Assembly: GCA_008632985.1 (NCBI GenBank)
Contig: QPGO01000027.1
Location: forward strand, 496,001-560,000
Direction of reading: 5' to 3'
DNA length: 64,000 bases
DNA from: Psammoneis japonica
Lineage: Eukaryota
Shown: piece after piece, positions 37,590 to 50,800 of the stretch
Layout: each line of letters starts with the position of its first letter
How positions within the stretch are numbered: the stretch's first letter is position 1
The notes under the pieces: model-generated
The model's database searches: none
Told to the model about the DNA's origin: nothing
Seen by the model: only the letters and a program-made list of their open reading frames with translations
Position numbers and translations under genes: made by a program

Positions 37590-37814
37590 CGAGTAAATCT
37601 AGCTGCCGAATAGGCTCAGCCACTCACAGTCTTAGTACGATAGCGCGAATACAACCAATAAGATGCTTCTAGGCCTGTTACAACTACGACAGATGCAACA
37701 AGTGAAAAAACCATTCCGTGGTCATCGGCATTTTAGTCCGCACACCAGTCATAGTTTCTCCACAGCACCTCCTAGAGCACACTAGACAGTCTCTGATACA
37801 TCGGATTTCACTCG
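37590..37814 (-). repeat. Copia 3' LTR (225 bp)
   Basis: Direct repeat of 44022-44245; preceded on the minus strand by PPT-like GAGGGGAC. Confidence 0.95.
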
Positions 37815-40800
37815 GTCCCCTCGAAATGTACCTGACTCGTAAGGCACAATTCGATCCAATGCTGCATCAGTAGTCCAACTCAAACAATCTTGACTTATCG
37901 ATCGACGTAAAAACCCTTGCTAGGGAAAAGTCGCCAATCCTCTGTGCATGGTGTAAACCCTCACTAGGGAAGAAACTCACCACCGCTCCACGTGTCCGTC
38001 TCAATGCGTGAACTTGTCTAACAGAAAAATTCCGTCTGATGGACGACATGACCTTTGTGAACAGATCGCAAAGGTTTGTCTCTGTTCCCTCCTTTGCAAT
38101 CCTAACAGTCCCCACAGCAACAGCTTCGCGGTTGCGGTGATGCGCAATGGAGTGATGCTTCTTCTTGAGTGTAGACTCAGGAATGGAGCAATTCTTGCAG
38201 ACGGCCTCATTGTCACAGAAGACATTTGTTGGCCCTTCGATCGGTGCCCCAAACATTCGAAGCTCACGTCGTAGACCCTCTATGAGCTCGATGGCATTCT
38301 TGAGTGCAATGATCTCAGCCCCAAATGTGCTAGCCTCCACGGCATTCTGACGCTTCGAGTGCCGCACGATGGGTGCCCAATCAACAAACATCAAGATGCC
38401 TGCATGGCTGCGACGATCGGCAACATTTCCGGCATGGTTGGCATCCACAAAACAATGTGTCGATGCCACATTACCTCGGGCTGGCGGTGCATTTGTCGGG
38501 ATGGCTTCTCTTGCATCTTGGTGGAAGTCACACCAGCCGCACTTCACGAATCGCGATTCATCGATCTTGGGATGAGCCGGATCAAATGCCACTTGGCGCT
38601 TTGGAACCTGTTTGAGGTGTGCAAAGATGTGCAACACCTGTTCCAGATGACCAATGCGAGGAAGAGCAAGGTGAGCAGACATTGACGAAACCTCCAAATG
38701 GACGTCCACTCCACCGAGTTCCACAGCCCAAACCAGTGCACCAATCAGCTCTTGATGGCAGTGAAGTCCTTCAGCATCCAGTTCGCCAGCAGTGTCTAGC
38801 TCGGGTTTGCATCCACTGCTCAATGGGGTTGTCGCCTTGCTGGGCAGACGTTTCCCCTCCTTGCCAAGCCTGTCCTCTACATTTTGGACAGCGGACTTGC
38901 AGCACTTCTCCGCAGACATTGCCCAACAGGTGGTCCCATCGGCTAAAGTCATCTTGGAAAGCGCATCACCGAGATGAGAATCCGGTTCGGCTACCTTGTC
39001 ACCCTTGAGCTTGAACTTGGACCTGATGCCGTCCATCGTCTTCATGGGTTCGTGACCAATTGACAGCACGTCGTCCACATAAACTGGAACGTGTTCGCAG
39101 CACTCGAATCCATCGGGTTTCACCGCAGGTTGCATCCACACATCCGGATCAGCCTTGCTCGGTTTGCACCCTAGATCATAAAGCGTCTCCGCTGGGAATG
39201 CCCCGAACGCTGCTCCGGAGCTCTTCAATCCGTGTGGAGCCCTGACCACAATCATGATGCAACCTTCATCCTCGCCAAACTCGGAACCTGCCCTGGTCCA
39301 AATCTTCTCCCTGCAAGGGGCAGCAAGGTGGGCGTTCTGGACATCACACGCAAAAGACTTGCAAGTCATTGAGCACAGCAAGCGTCAGTGCAATCCTTGC
39401 CAAATCCCGAGAGATGACAGAGGAGCAAGTGATGTGTGCGGGGGGTTTCAGCAGTGTGGCCTCCAGCCACCATGCGAGCTTTGCGGCGGAAGTTTTCTCC
39501 CAATTTGATGTCAAAAATCACACGGCACTTCACTTCCTGGAAACCAGGCGCCATGTCCTTAAGCTCCCCTTCACACTTGTCAAAAGCAACCCGCACATTC
39601 TTCATCTCCACACAAATGGCGTCCCACCATGGGGTGTTGCCATTTGCGCGATCGATCTGGATCGCCTCCTCGACACTCTTTGGGATCCGTGTGCCAAATT
39701 TGTGTGTTCGTAGCCAATGCTTCGACTTGACCTTCGCAATGGAACGCTTGCAGGTTTTCATGACATGAGGAACCCACCAAGCAAACGCTGCCTCATTCGA
39801 GATCTTGCGCTGAATGGCAAACTCGGCAACTTGGACTGGGAAGCTCTCCTTCACAATCTTCAAGTCGGTCCAAGTCGCACTTCCGTCCTTCCATTGGAAC
39901 AGGAGTTCCCATCCTTTGGTGGTCTTGCGCCTCTTCCGAACGCCTTGCTCGGTCTCAAAGAACTCGGATTCAGGAACGTCCCCATTGGTGCGGCAATCAA
40001 CGATCTCGTCAAATGAGACATGCCGGTTTCCGTCCTCGTCGATCTGAGCAAACACATTCATGGCAATGGAGTCAGCAGAGAGCGCAGCATGGTGCCCATC
40101 AGGGTGCTCTACCTCATGCATCCTTGCACCAAGGATGGGATTGTCATTGGCTGTTCCTGTCGGAATGCCATTGGCGTCTCTCAACCTCTTCGTGACACGA
40201 GCAAACTCAGGACCGTTGTCATCTCTTGGAAGCGCAACTTCCATGTTAAGGTGTCCCCAGTCCACCGCCTCCGGTGAGGCTTCCTCGTCTTTCTCATCGT
40301 CATCGTCATTTGTCACCTCCTCTGAGGACATGACACGATCACACTCATCAAGGAATTCATTGTCACATCCAAGGCAGTCTTTCCAGTCTTCGGGACTGAT
40401 CTTGCGATCCTCGTCATCGGGAAAGTCTTGCTCCTTCAACCGGCACTTGATCTCCTCGTCAAAACTGTCAAACTTTGCCTTTTTCTCTTGAGCAGCGGCT
40501 TCTAAATTGGTGACTCGTTGAACAGAAGTTCTCAAAATGACACTGCCTGTCTGTGTCAAAACGCAACACGACATGAGACTCCCTGTTCTGTGAGATGCAC
40601 CAAGCCACCTGCCGAGCTTCTCGTCCCCTGGACCGGCATTCTCCCTGCACCAGACCCAATCATAAAATCCAAAGTCAAGGTGCTCCAAGACATCCACGGT
40701 CTCTCCGAGAATGTTCTCCAGTGGTGCTCCAGCATCCAAATGATGGGCTCCAAGGAATGTGCGAGACATGGTCTCACATGTCCACATGAATCCGCAGTCC

Positions 40801-43800
40801 CATGGTCGCCGCGGCACTTGCTTCTTGACCATGATGCGGAGCCACTTGCGTCCAACCTCGCGCACAACCCCTTCTGCAGGATTCTGGTTGTGTCGATCGG
40901 GTTTGATGATGTGACAATCCATGCCCTCCTTGCGCACGGTCTTCATGAACTCCGTGCCAGGTTTCATTTGCTCCTTAGATCCATCCATCAGGAGTTTCTC
41001 TGGCACGCCAAATTCCTGGCAAAACATCTTGAGAGCCTCGCCAGCCTTGCTCTTCTTGTCCATGGGATAAATCGCAGCAAAGCATTGCTTGTTTGTAAAG
41101 ATCTGGGCATGTCGATTGCCCTCCAACGAAACCACCTTGCCATCGACCGTGTTGGTTGCCCATTCACCCCGTAACCTGGGCTTCGTGAACATCCGATCGG
41201 CCCGGTGGCGTCGACCCATTGGCATCAATGCTGACCTGATGAGCTTTTGTGCAGTCTTCTTGAGCATGTTTGCTGCTTGCTTGAGTCCTGTGCACCATCG
41301 TTCACTTGAGTCAGCAGCCAACACATCACTGTGTCTCTCCTTGGACATGAATGTCTTCGGGAGTGCTGAGTCTTTGGGTCATTCGCCGATTGTTTCCGTG
41401 GCAGAGATCTGGACTGTTGGCTCCGATTCCACATTGATGGCAGCTGTGAGCCTCGATTGGACTTGATCGACTCCACAAATGAATTGCTCATCGCAACAGT
41501 CCCCGGATTGAGGGTTGCTGAGGCAGGATCGGCTTTGAACTCGTGTGTCAGATTGGTGTGGATCGTCGCAATTGACCGAACTAGCTCCATTTCCTCCTCC
41601 GCAGATCGTCTAGTTCCAACAGATTTGAACTTGACGGTCTGTGGATCCCAAGGTTGTTGGGAGGTCATCTGGATCTTGGGGCATCAGTGCAACTCCTGTT
41701 CTGCAGGAGCATGAGTCACCGCAACGACATTGGTCCCCATGGCTTCAAGCGGCATCATGAAAGATCTGTCCTCTGTGAGGACACACAGTGGTGAATCGGA
41801 GCAGGGGTTGTCCTGAACCTTAGCACCAAAGTGCCGCAGCTGGTTTGGGTTAACCAGCGAGTGCTCCATGGACTCCGGCATCCACAAGCCCTCGTGGAAG
41901 ACCAGAATAAAAGTTGCTCCCGATGTCGGTGACGTCCACGCCGTGGCTGCCGAGACAATTGGGACACACTTGATGGAATCGCATCCCTCGTTAAAAGGCG
42001 ATGCGTCACATTCTCGTCCAGAACAACCTGAGAGGGTAAAGTTTTGACCAAAAACAGTGGTGTCAGCATGCGAATCCATTTCAAGGCATCCATGTTGTGC
42101 CTTTCTCATGTCACGGATGTGAGTGATTCGTGTGGTGTCAGACCGCATTGCCGAGACACGCCGTGTCGAGGCAACGACCTCACAGACGCGTTTGTTGCAG
42201 CCACGTGGATGCTGCTCCTTTGATCGATGCGGCTGTCCCCCGCCCCATTGTGGCAACCACAACAAGAAGTTTGTGATGCAACAAAGCAGGGTCCAGCTTG
42301 GCAGTCATTTGTTCTTTCCTCTGCACTTTTTGCTGCGACCACCGAATGCGTCTCCGGCATTGTCTCCGTCTTTGCCGCCAGCCCTTGATTCATCATTGCC
42401 AGAATCGGCGCTGGCATTAGTGTTCAGGGCGGAGATTTTGAGGTTCGCTTCTTTAAGCTGCGACGACAGCTTCCGATTCTTCTTCTTGAGCGACTTTACG
42501 GATGCAGCACGGCGTTTGGTTGGTTTGGGTTGTTTGGCAACACCTGGACGCACGCGCTCGTCGACAACCTTCTGTTTGTCCTCCTTGCTCAACTGGTGCC
42601 AATTTTTGTGGCATCCAGTGTCAATGGATCCATCCTCATCATAGATGGTTCCACCCTCTTTTCCTCCTCCAGAGGCGACTGCGGCAATCGCACGACGATG
42701 CACAATCGTCTCTGGAAGGGTGGCGACTTTGGCAGCAAGATGATTGGCCGCCGTGGTGAACGTGATGCCTCCTCCAAACTCATTCTGTGCCTTCAAGGTC
42801 TCAACCACTGCTTGCAGTGATTGGTGCTGCGTCTTCTCAAAAAGGATCCGCAATTTCTGGGCCTCCGTTTTCGGTTCGTCGTTCTCCTCAAAAATGTCAA
42901 ACATTTCTTGGAGCTTGTCAACAAACGATTCAAACGGCATGGCGCGCTCACTCTTGCAATGGAGGGTGTTCTCCATGTGCTCGGCTTCAGAGATGCGGCG
43001 GGAGGCACTTCCTTCTCCCTGGCAATGGTCACACAACGCCCTAAAGTCAACTCATCCATTCTGCTCATTCTTGTGGTCTTTCAACCATTGCTCACTGGGT
43101 GTGCCCGTGGTGAGGGACTCAATGAGCAAATGAACCGCACGAGTGTCAGCCTCGAAAGCTGGGCCTTGGAGGGGTGCACATGCAATGCACTTCTGGACAA
43201 AAGTGTTGTGGCCTTGGGGTCTGGGTGCATCGTTTTGACGCATGCAATGCACTGACGGCACGCCAGAGACTCCTGGCACAATGCCAAGCATGTTCGTCAA
43301 GCCGGTGCTCCACTTGACCCAATCCTTTTCGCTCTCTGACATCCCGGGTGACGCCTCTTTACTGAGAGAGTCAGCAGTGGTCTTGGTCAGGGAACGGATC
43401 TCGGCACGACTGAGTGCTGTCTGGAGAGCAGCACGGAAAGTTGCCTGGTCAAGCCCATCCAGAGCAGGGTTCTTGCTCACACGACCAAAGTCCTGCACCC
43501 AATGGATGAGAGCTTTGAGTCGACGACCACGGGCCAAACCAAAATGAATGCGCCCTTCAGCAACCGTCCTCCTGGCGTGTGATGACGCGAGAGAATCGAT
43601 GTCCTCTTCCTTGAGGTCTTCTAAATCGTCAAAAGATGCAAAGTCTGCCATGAGCGAGACTCGTTGAGCTGGATCAACAAATCCAATCCATTCAAGTGCT
43701 GTCTCGATGGGATCCGGAGGAGCAGCCGCCATGGTGGCACCCACACCAGCAGGAAAACAGAGTCATGTGAGAAATCATAAATTAAAAGGATGTCTCGGTC

Positions 43801-44007
43801 TGTGTTGACGACAACACATGGCCATCAGAAGCACGGAGACTGGCCATGTCTCCTCACTGCTTGTGCACTCACTGATGCCAGGCGACGACAATCATCGTGC
43901 ACCCTTCGATCGACCGGCGTTCATCGTCATGACCCTGCCACATTGGTGCGATCGTCTCTTCACAGTTGTCCAATGCTTTTCGTCAAACCAAACCTGAGTT
44001 GATGACT

Positions 44008-44018
44008 TGGCTCTGATG
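44008..44018 (-). other. Primer-binding site core, tRNA-iMet-like
   Basis: Minus strand CATCAGAGCCA, 3 nt inside the 5' LTR, versus canonical TGGTATCAGAGCCA. Confidence 0.65.
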
Positions 44019-44021
44019 GAG

Positions 44022-44245
44022 CGAGTAAATCTAGCTGCCGAGTGGGCTCAGCCACTCACAGTCTTAGCACGACAGCGCGAACACAACCAATGAGATGCTT
44101 CCAGGCCTGTTGCAACTACAACAGATGCAACAAGTGAAAAACCATTCCGTGGTCATTGGCATTTTAGTCTGCACACCAGTCACAGTTTCTCCACAGCACC
44201 TCCTAGAGCACACCAGACAGTCTCTGATGCATCAGATTTCACTCG
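44022..44245 (-). repeat. Copia 5' LTR (224 bp)
   Basis: Direct repeat of 37590-37814 with 15 transitions and one 1-bp indel. Confidence 0.95.
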
Positions 44246-44282
44246 CTGTCGCTCTCTGCTAGCTGGCCAGCTGCTCCACTAG

Positions 44283-44810
44283 CTAGAGAGCTGTCTGCGC
44301 TGCCTGCACTGCACTGCAGCATCTGCCTGGCTGGCAGCCCAAAACGTTTGCAGCACATTCTTCCTTCTCTCTTCTTGTGAAATGGCATGTTTGGAGAACC
44401 CCATTTGTGTCGAACGCCGTTGCACGAGTGAGCCAAACCTCAGTCAGAAAAGCACCAAAAGGCACAAGAAATCGCAACAAGGCAAACAGCACTTGACATC
44501 TCGCTGCTTCCATTGCCCGTGCCCCACCCAGGATCTGCCCCATCATCATCCCTGGAGTGGAAACCAAACCAATCACTGCCATGGAGTTCACCATGGGTGC
44601 CCCAGCCAGCAGCTCACACTGCTTCCCAAATTCTGCTCGCCCCAACAACAACAGCCACCGGCCCATGCCAAGCACAACAAAGAGCTCAACCTCGCTCGTC
44701 TTCTGCTCCAACAGACACCTGCAAGCATCACATTTGGCGACAGTGCAGTGGCATTGATGCAACAACCAAAGAAGCACTCCAGCAGCTGGGACAATGTGGC
44801 AGGAGCACCA
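44283..44810 (-). pseudogene. UPF0014/YbbM(FetB)/STAR2-type ABC permease remnant
   Basis: PMVNSMAVIGLVSTPGMMMGQILGG...AARCQ matches the family motif GLVSLPGMMTGQILGG...AARYQ; frameshifted. Confidence 0.8.
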
Positions 44811-44811
44811 G

Positions 44812-47800
44812 CAAAGCATGTGTTGTCAAGTGGATGAAATCACACTTGTTCACAATTGCACATTGTTGCTCACGTCAATCACGCGACAATCGTGGATGTG
44901 CGCAATGGTCAGATTGGTCACACAGAAAAGATCAGAAGTTTAAAATTGCAAACACAATTGGCAGATGATGTTGAAATACAAGATTTCAATTTCAGTGCAT
45001 CTGGACAATCTGTTGTCACGATTGGATCATCCGAAAGGCCTTTGCTCTCTGCAGGAGCAGCGCAGCAGCTTTGGGCCATTGAGAGCTCCTTAAGAGTGTC
45101 CCAAAATGGCAGCAAAGGATCTGTCTCACAATTTTCCACTTTTCATGATTTGTTCTGCTTTTGTTTGTGCTCATTCTTTGAGCATGGTGCATTGTGCACA
45201 CACACCAGAGAAGGTAAAAACACAAAAATGAAGCTTTTGCCTCATGCAACCAACGGCAAGTCCATTGTCAAGCAGGACAAGATCACACCTCAACCGCTGG
45301 AGTCAATTTCTGAGCCCAAGACTCTCAAATTGAGCCATTGCATGAAGATGGAGCAGTGTTTTTATCCCAGAAACAAGAAGAGCGGCGCATGCATGATCAA
45401 CATCGAGCACTGCAACAAGCAGGGAGCTCCAAAATGCATCGCATTTATGAAGACTGCACAAAACTTTTGATCAGACAGAACATCAAGGAGCAAGCTGATG
45501 AGTTCCACAAGATGCTTGTGTTGTTGCAGGGAGACACTTTTCAAGTTTTGGAGACAAGGCAATGAACATTGACAAAAAAGCCGAAAGAGCCTTCAAAAAG
45601 TGCCTGCATTGTCTCTCAAGCCATGCACTCCCAAAAAATGCACTTCAGAATCAGAAATGACATCTGCGTCATGATCTCAAAAAGCCAGACTTGACAAAGA
45701 TCTGAGAACTTGCAACCTGGGCTCAGGAGGTCAATGAAGATTTCAAGCTCTGTTCTCCCTTCAAGTCTGACCAGAATCTGGACAAAGATGAGCTCAAGGA
45801 CATTGTCCACAACCTTGCACCTTGCAAGTGGTGTCACCAGTCAACGCCACAAGGTTTTGAAATTCTGAATCATGTGTTTGATGAGTTGGTTGAGTTTTTG
45901 GAACATCTGGAGGTTGCAGGAGACACACTCAACAAATCCATTTCAAGGATGACAGCAAAGGCAAGCCTGGTTCCAAAACCAAAGGTGGCTCCAGAAATTG
46001 TTCCAAAAATGGTCATCTCTCTGGCACAAAATAGACTGAGTCCAATGAGCACCAGTGCAGTTGTTTTGCAAGAAAAACACTCACATCATGGATCAGTGCT
46101 GGGTCATCAAACATCTGGCAAAAGAATGCCAAGACAATGCTGAAAATGCAACTCAAAGCAACAGTGCACCAATGGCAATTGCATGTGGCAGTCTCGCAGC
46201 AACATTAAAATGCCACTCCAAAAGGAAATTGAATGCTGTGATCAAACAGGTGGTTGACAATTCTCTCAAGGCAAGTTCCAATGTAAAGAATTTGAAGCGC
46301 AAGAGCAAAGAGAATGTGACTCTGACACCCTCAGCAAGGAAAACTGTCAATTTGAGAAAATCATGCACAGCGACTCTGAAGAATGACTGGTGCCACTCGA
46401 GGAGTCTTGTGCACTGCTGGATGTTGGGAAGCCCAAAAAGGGCCAAAGCAATTCATGCCAGTCCAGCAGTCATTGTTTGTGTGAACACCTGCTCCTTGGA
46501 CAAAGCAAAAAACAAGCCTCTGTGCATTCTCCTCAACAGTGGAACATTGTCTGCCACAATTTTGTGCAATTTGTTCATGCAGAAACTGAGATCAAAACAA
46601 TCGTCTTCATGACTGACAGCGAGCACACTAAAATCCAGTTCACATCACCTGAATTGATTGAGTCAAAATGACACATGTTGACAACACCCCTCTTCTTCTT
46701 TGAGTTGTTGTGATGTGATCATGGGATGCAACTTGATGTCCAGTCATGGGATCAGACCAGACTTTGCAATCAAAGAAATCAAATGAGAGGACGCAACTGC
46801 ACCCATGAAGAGTGTTGATGCACTCTTCAATGCTGTTGTTTTCAAGTTGATTGCGGATCACATTGAGGCCTCTCATGCTGTGATTGGCCTCAATGACAGG
46901 GTCAGTTGGATCCTTGACTCAGATTGTCATTCTCCTGACCTTGATGATGTGACTGCAGCAGCAACTCATCCAACTCCAGAGGAGCAGAAACAGCCAAACT
47001 TTCTCCTGGAAAGATTTGAGAACCTTTTTGATGGTTCTCTGGGCAAATGGATTGGGAGAAACCTGTGGATCTCAAGTTGAAATTGGGCACAAATCCGTGT
47101 CTGGCAAAGCCATTTCCTGTGCCACAAGAATTGGATGCAACTGCTCAAAAGGAAGTTGAAAGACCATGCAAGTTGAAAGTCACAAGAAAAACATTCTGAG
47201 TGGGCAGCTCCAACCTTCACTCAGCCCAAGAAAAATGGTGGAGTTTGGTTTTTGTCCAACTTCTGTGAGCTTGACAAATGGTCAGAAGCTGGATGGAGGG
47301 TTTTGTGTGTGCAACCTCACTGGATTTGAATGTGGGACATTGCCACATTGAATTGACACCACATGCACATCGCTTGTGCACACTCATGATGCCACGGGGC
47401 AAATGCAAGCACTCACTGCAGACTCCCTGTGGGAATCTCTGGAGCTCCAGACATTTTTCAGGAGCATGTGAGCAAGCTTGTGGCAGGCTTGGAGTTTGTC
47501 AGAATTCATGCTGATGACATGCAATGCCTGACAAAAGGTGACTTCAAAGATCATCTCAGAAAGCCTGAGATGATGCTCGTGTGGCTCCAACAAGCCGGGT
47601 TAAAGGTCAGTTTTTGCCAAGCCAGAAGTGGGCTGTCTGGGCTTTCACATTGCGCAAAATGGTGTCAGACCAATGCCTGAGAAAGTGGAGACAATCCCAG
47701 CAACTGCAATGCCTGCAACTTGCCAGGAACTGCAATGCTGCATTGTGGTGTGATCAGCTGTTGTTGAGACATGTGGCCTTGAGGATCATCCAAGGTGAAG

Positions 47801-50800
47801 TGGCAACGGATCAAAAAGGAACAAAAAGCCTTCAAAAACATGAAGCAAATTGTGTCAAAAGACATGTCATTGTCACATCCGACCCTTTGAGACATGCGCT
47901 GATGTGAGTGATTCTCAATTGGGGGCAGTCATTGCACAGAACAACTGGCCTGTTGCTTTCTGCAGTCATCAAATGGAGTGCAGACATGCCACACTGCAAC
48001 TGAAAAAGACTTCTGTCCACAGTGGAAACACTCAAAAAATTCCAGAATGTGCTGTTTGGCCAACAGATTGACAAACACGGATCGCAAAAATCTCACTCAT
48101 GAGAACTTCACAACAGACAGAGTCATGCGTTGGTGACTGACAACAGAAGAATGCAGCCCCGAATTGGCTCATCTCAAGGGCAAGGCAAACATCATCGCAG
48201 ATGCAGTCAGCTGACTTGCTGTGAAGAAAATTGAGCCCATGGAAAAATCTCAGCAACGAAGATCCAGCTGCAAAGGTTGCACTCAAATCCTGTGACAATG
48301 TCTTTCTGTTGACACACAAAGCTCTTGATGCTGAACAAAAATGGGACAAAGACATTCTCTCCAAATTGTTGGATGCAATGTGTCATGCAAAGACTTTTCT
48401 TGGAGGTGAGTGAGACCAGTTGCTCACATGCAACAAGCACAAATTTGTTGCACCAAAGACATTGCAAAGAAAGTCGGCAATGCAATCAGCCGACTTGCTG
48501 TGAAACAAACTGGGACATTGCCGAAAATGACTGAGTTGGTCACCTCGCACATTTGTGCCACATTGAAGATTGCGAGCACAAACGGAACAGTGTGATGCAC
48601 ATGGAGCCATTTGAGAAACTTTTTCCAATGTTGCTTGCAATGTCCAAACAATGTCTTTCAGACATGTTGCTCATTTCCCACTCTTAAACCAAGAATGCTC
48701 AATCTCAAACTGCACAGTTTGAGATTTGCAAAAATGCCAAACCAGCCAGTTTAAGATTTGTCACAATCTCAAACTGTTTTGTCACAATCTGAAATCATCT
48801 CTAAATCTGAAGCAAGGCAATTGTGAGCTGACAAAGCATTTGAAAGGAAACACACATGTGAAATGCATTGAGAGAGCAGAGTCCATTGTTCGTCAACAAG
48901 ACAATTTGAAATTGTCCATTGGCAAAACATGATGTGCCTCTTTTTAAAGAGGGCAGTGGCTGTTTTTCAGTGACGACTTCTCACAAGTCATGACAAGTGT
49001 TTCAAAAACAATGAAAGCAAAAAGCACATCAGGGCAGTTTCTGACTTCATCAACAGGTTTGGCAAGACCCCAATGGAGTCTTGTCAGTGCCACAGGTGTT
49101 TTGTGCATTCAAAAACCCCAACACAGCACTGTCTTTCTCATTGCTGTTGATGGGGCAAACACACTCATGCAAGCAAGCCCAAGCACCCTGCTTTCAACAA
49201 GAATGCAAAATGTCCCTGTCACAAATTCAAGCAAGTGGTGTTGTCATGCAAACTCAGGATGTCAATTTTTACAAACAACCTTGCAAAACAAGCCAGGTTG
49301 TGCGCCATTGACAACTGACAAGAAGGGCTGCATTGTGGCCACTGCGTTGTTTCTGTTGGATTGTGGCTCACATGATTGTGAGTGCTGCAAAGACTCTGCA
49401 ACAGCACTTTCTGAAAAACTTTCACAGCCAAGGTCTGCGCATCAACAAAGCAGTTGTTTGCACATGACGACTCTTTCAATGGAAGGGATTGGGAACCAGC
49501 GCATGTTGCATGGGGCCAGCTCTTTATGCGGTCAAAGGGACCTGTCACAAATGGCAAAGATCCCATTGCCGTTTGTCATCTCGATGGCTTTGTCAATCTT
49601 GTTAAAGTGTGTTGTCAAAATCTTAAACTGTGTCATCGAAAATCGCACTGTGTTGTCTAAATCTTAAACTGTGTCATGAAAAATTGCAAAATCTTGAAGA
49701 AAACGTCAAAATCTTAAACTGTTTTGTCCAAATTTAAACTGTGCAGTTTAAGATTTGTCTGAATCTTAAACCACACAGTTTGAGATTCGCAAATCTTAAA
49801 CTGGAACTGTCCACTCTGAAACTGCGAGTTGTCTTGTAGAAGGGACAAACTGTGAATGGCCAAAGTGCTCTTTTGTGGCATTCGCACTTGACGACATTTT
49901 TGGCCAAAAGACTTTTTCATTTGACAATTTTTTTTAACATGGTCACATGACACATCATGAAATGACTGTTTCAGGTCATTTCCAGGATGTTCCAGAACCT
50001 GTGGAAAACCTCAGCAGCTCTGAAGAGTTGGCAGCAAAGGTGACCCCCAAATCCTGCAACAATGTCTTTCCATTGACATGCAAAGTTCTGACGCAACATG
50101 TTGTCCAAAGACTTTTTGTGGAGGTGAGCAAGATCAAATGCTCACGTGTCACAAGGAAAAAATTGCCACACCAAAGATGCTGCAAAAAATGGTGACAGAT
50201 TGGTGTCATGTGCACCTTCTGCATCCTGGCACAAATTGAGTTGAAGAGACAATCTCACAACACTTGTGGTGGTCACCTTGTGTGATGACATGCAAAAACA
50301 CATGTCAAAATGTGGCGCATGCCAGACATTCAAGAAGAAACAAAAGAAGGAAATGTGGACATTTGCCACCTGAGTGTGCAGAGTCAGTGCCACGGGAAGT
50401 GGAGACCTTGTTGAACCATGCAAGATGCATCGCAAGGGCAAAAAGAAACCCCAGTCCTGAAATGTTCAACAATGGCAGATCCAGCAACAGGATGGTTTGA
50501 AGTGGTGGAAACTCCAATGAGGGGTCAACAACCATTGCTGGATTGTCAAAAGGAGCATGGTCAAGCAGACATCCTTGGCCACATCATTGATTGCTTGTGA
50601 TTGTGGAAGTGAGTTCATCGGACATCAATTTAGAACAATGCAGCCCAAGATGATTGTGGCATCAAGTGCAGCCCCACAACTGCACAAAATCCTCAAGCAA
50701 ATGCCATGGTTGAGCACATGCATCAAGTGCTGGTTTGCATGACACACACACTTTTGATTTACAAAATGCACCCCTGGATGCTCAGAACCCATTTGAGGGA

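Larger units (their letters stand above)
37590..44245 (-). mobile_element. Full-length Ty1/Copia LTR retrotransposon (CoDi-like), mutationally inactivated
   Basis: LTRs 37590-37814 and 44022-44245; TSD ctat/ctgt. gag 42305-43744, protease MDSHADT ~42070, integrase, RT (YVDD), RNaseH (FVDANHAG, EASTFGAE, NVFCDN) in Copia order. Confidence 0.96.
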
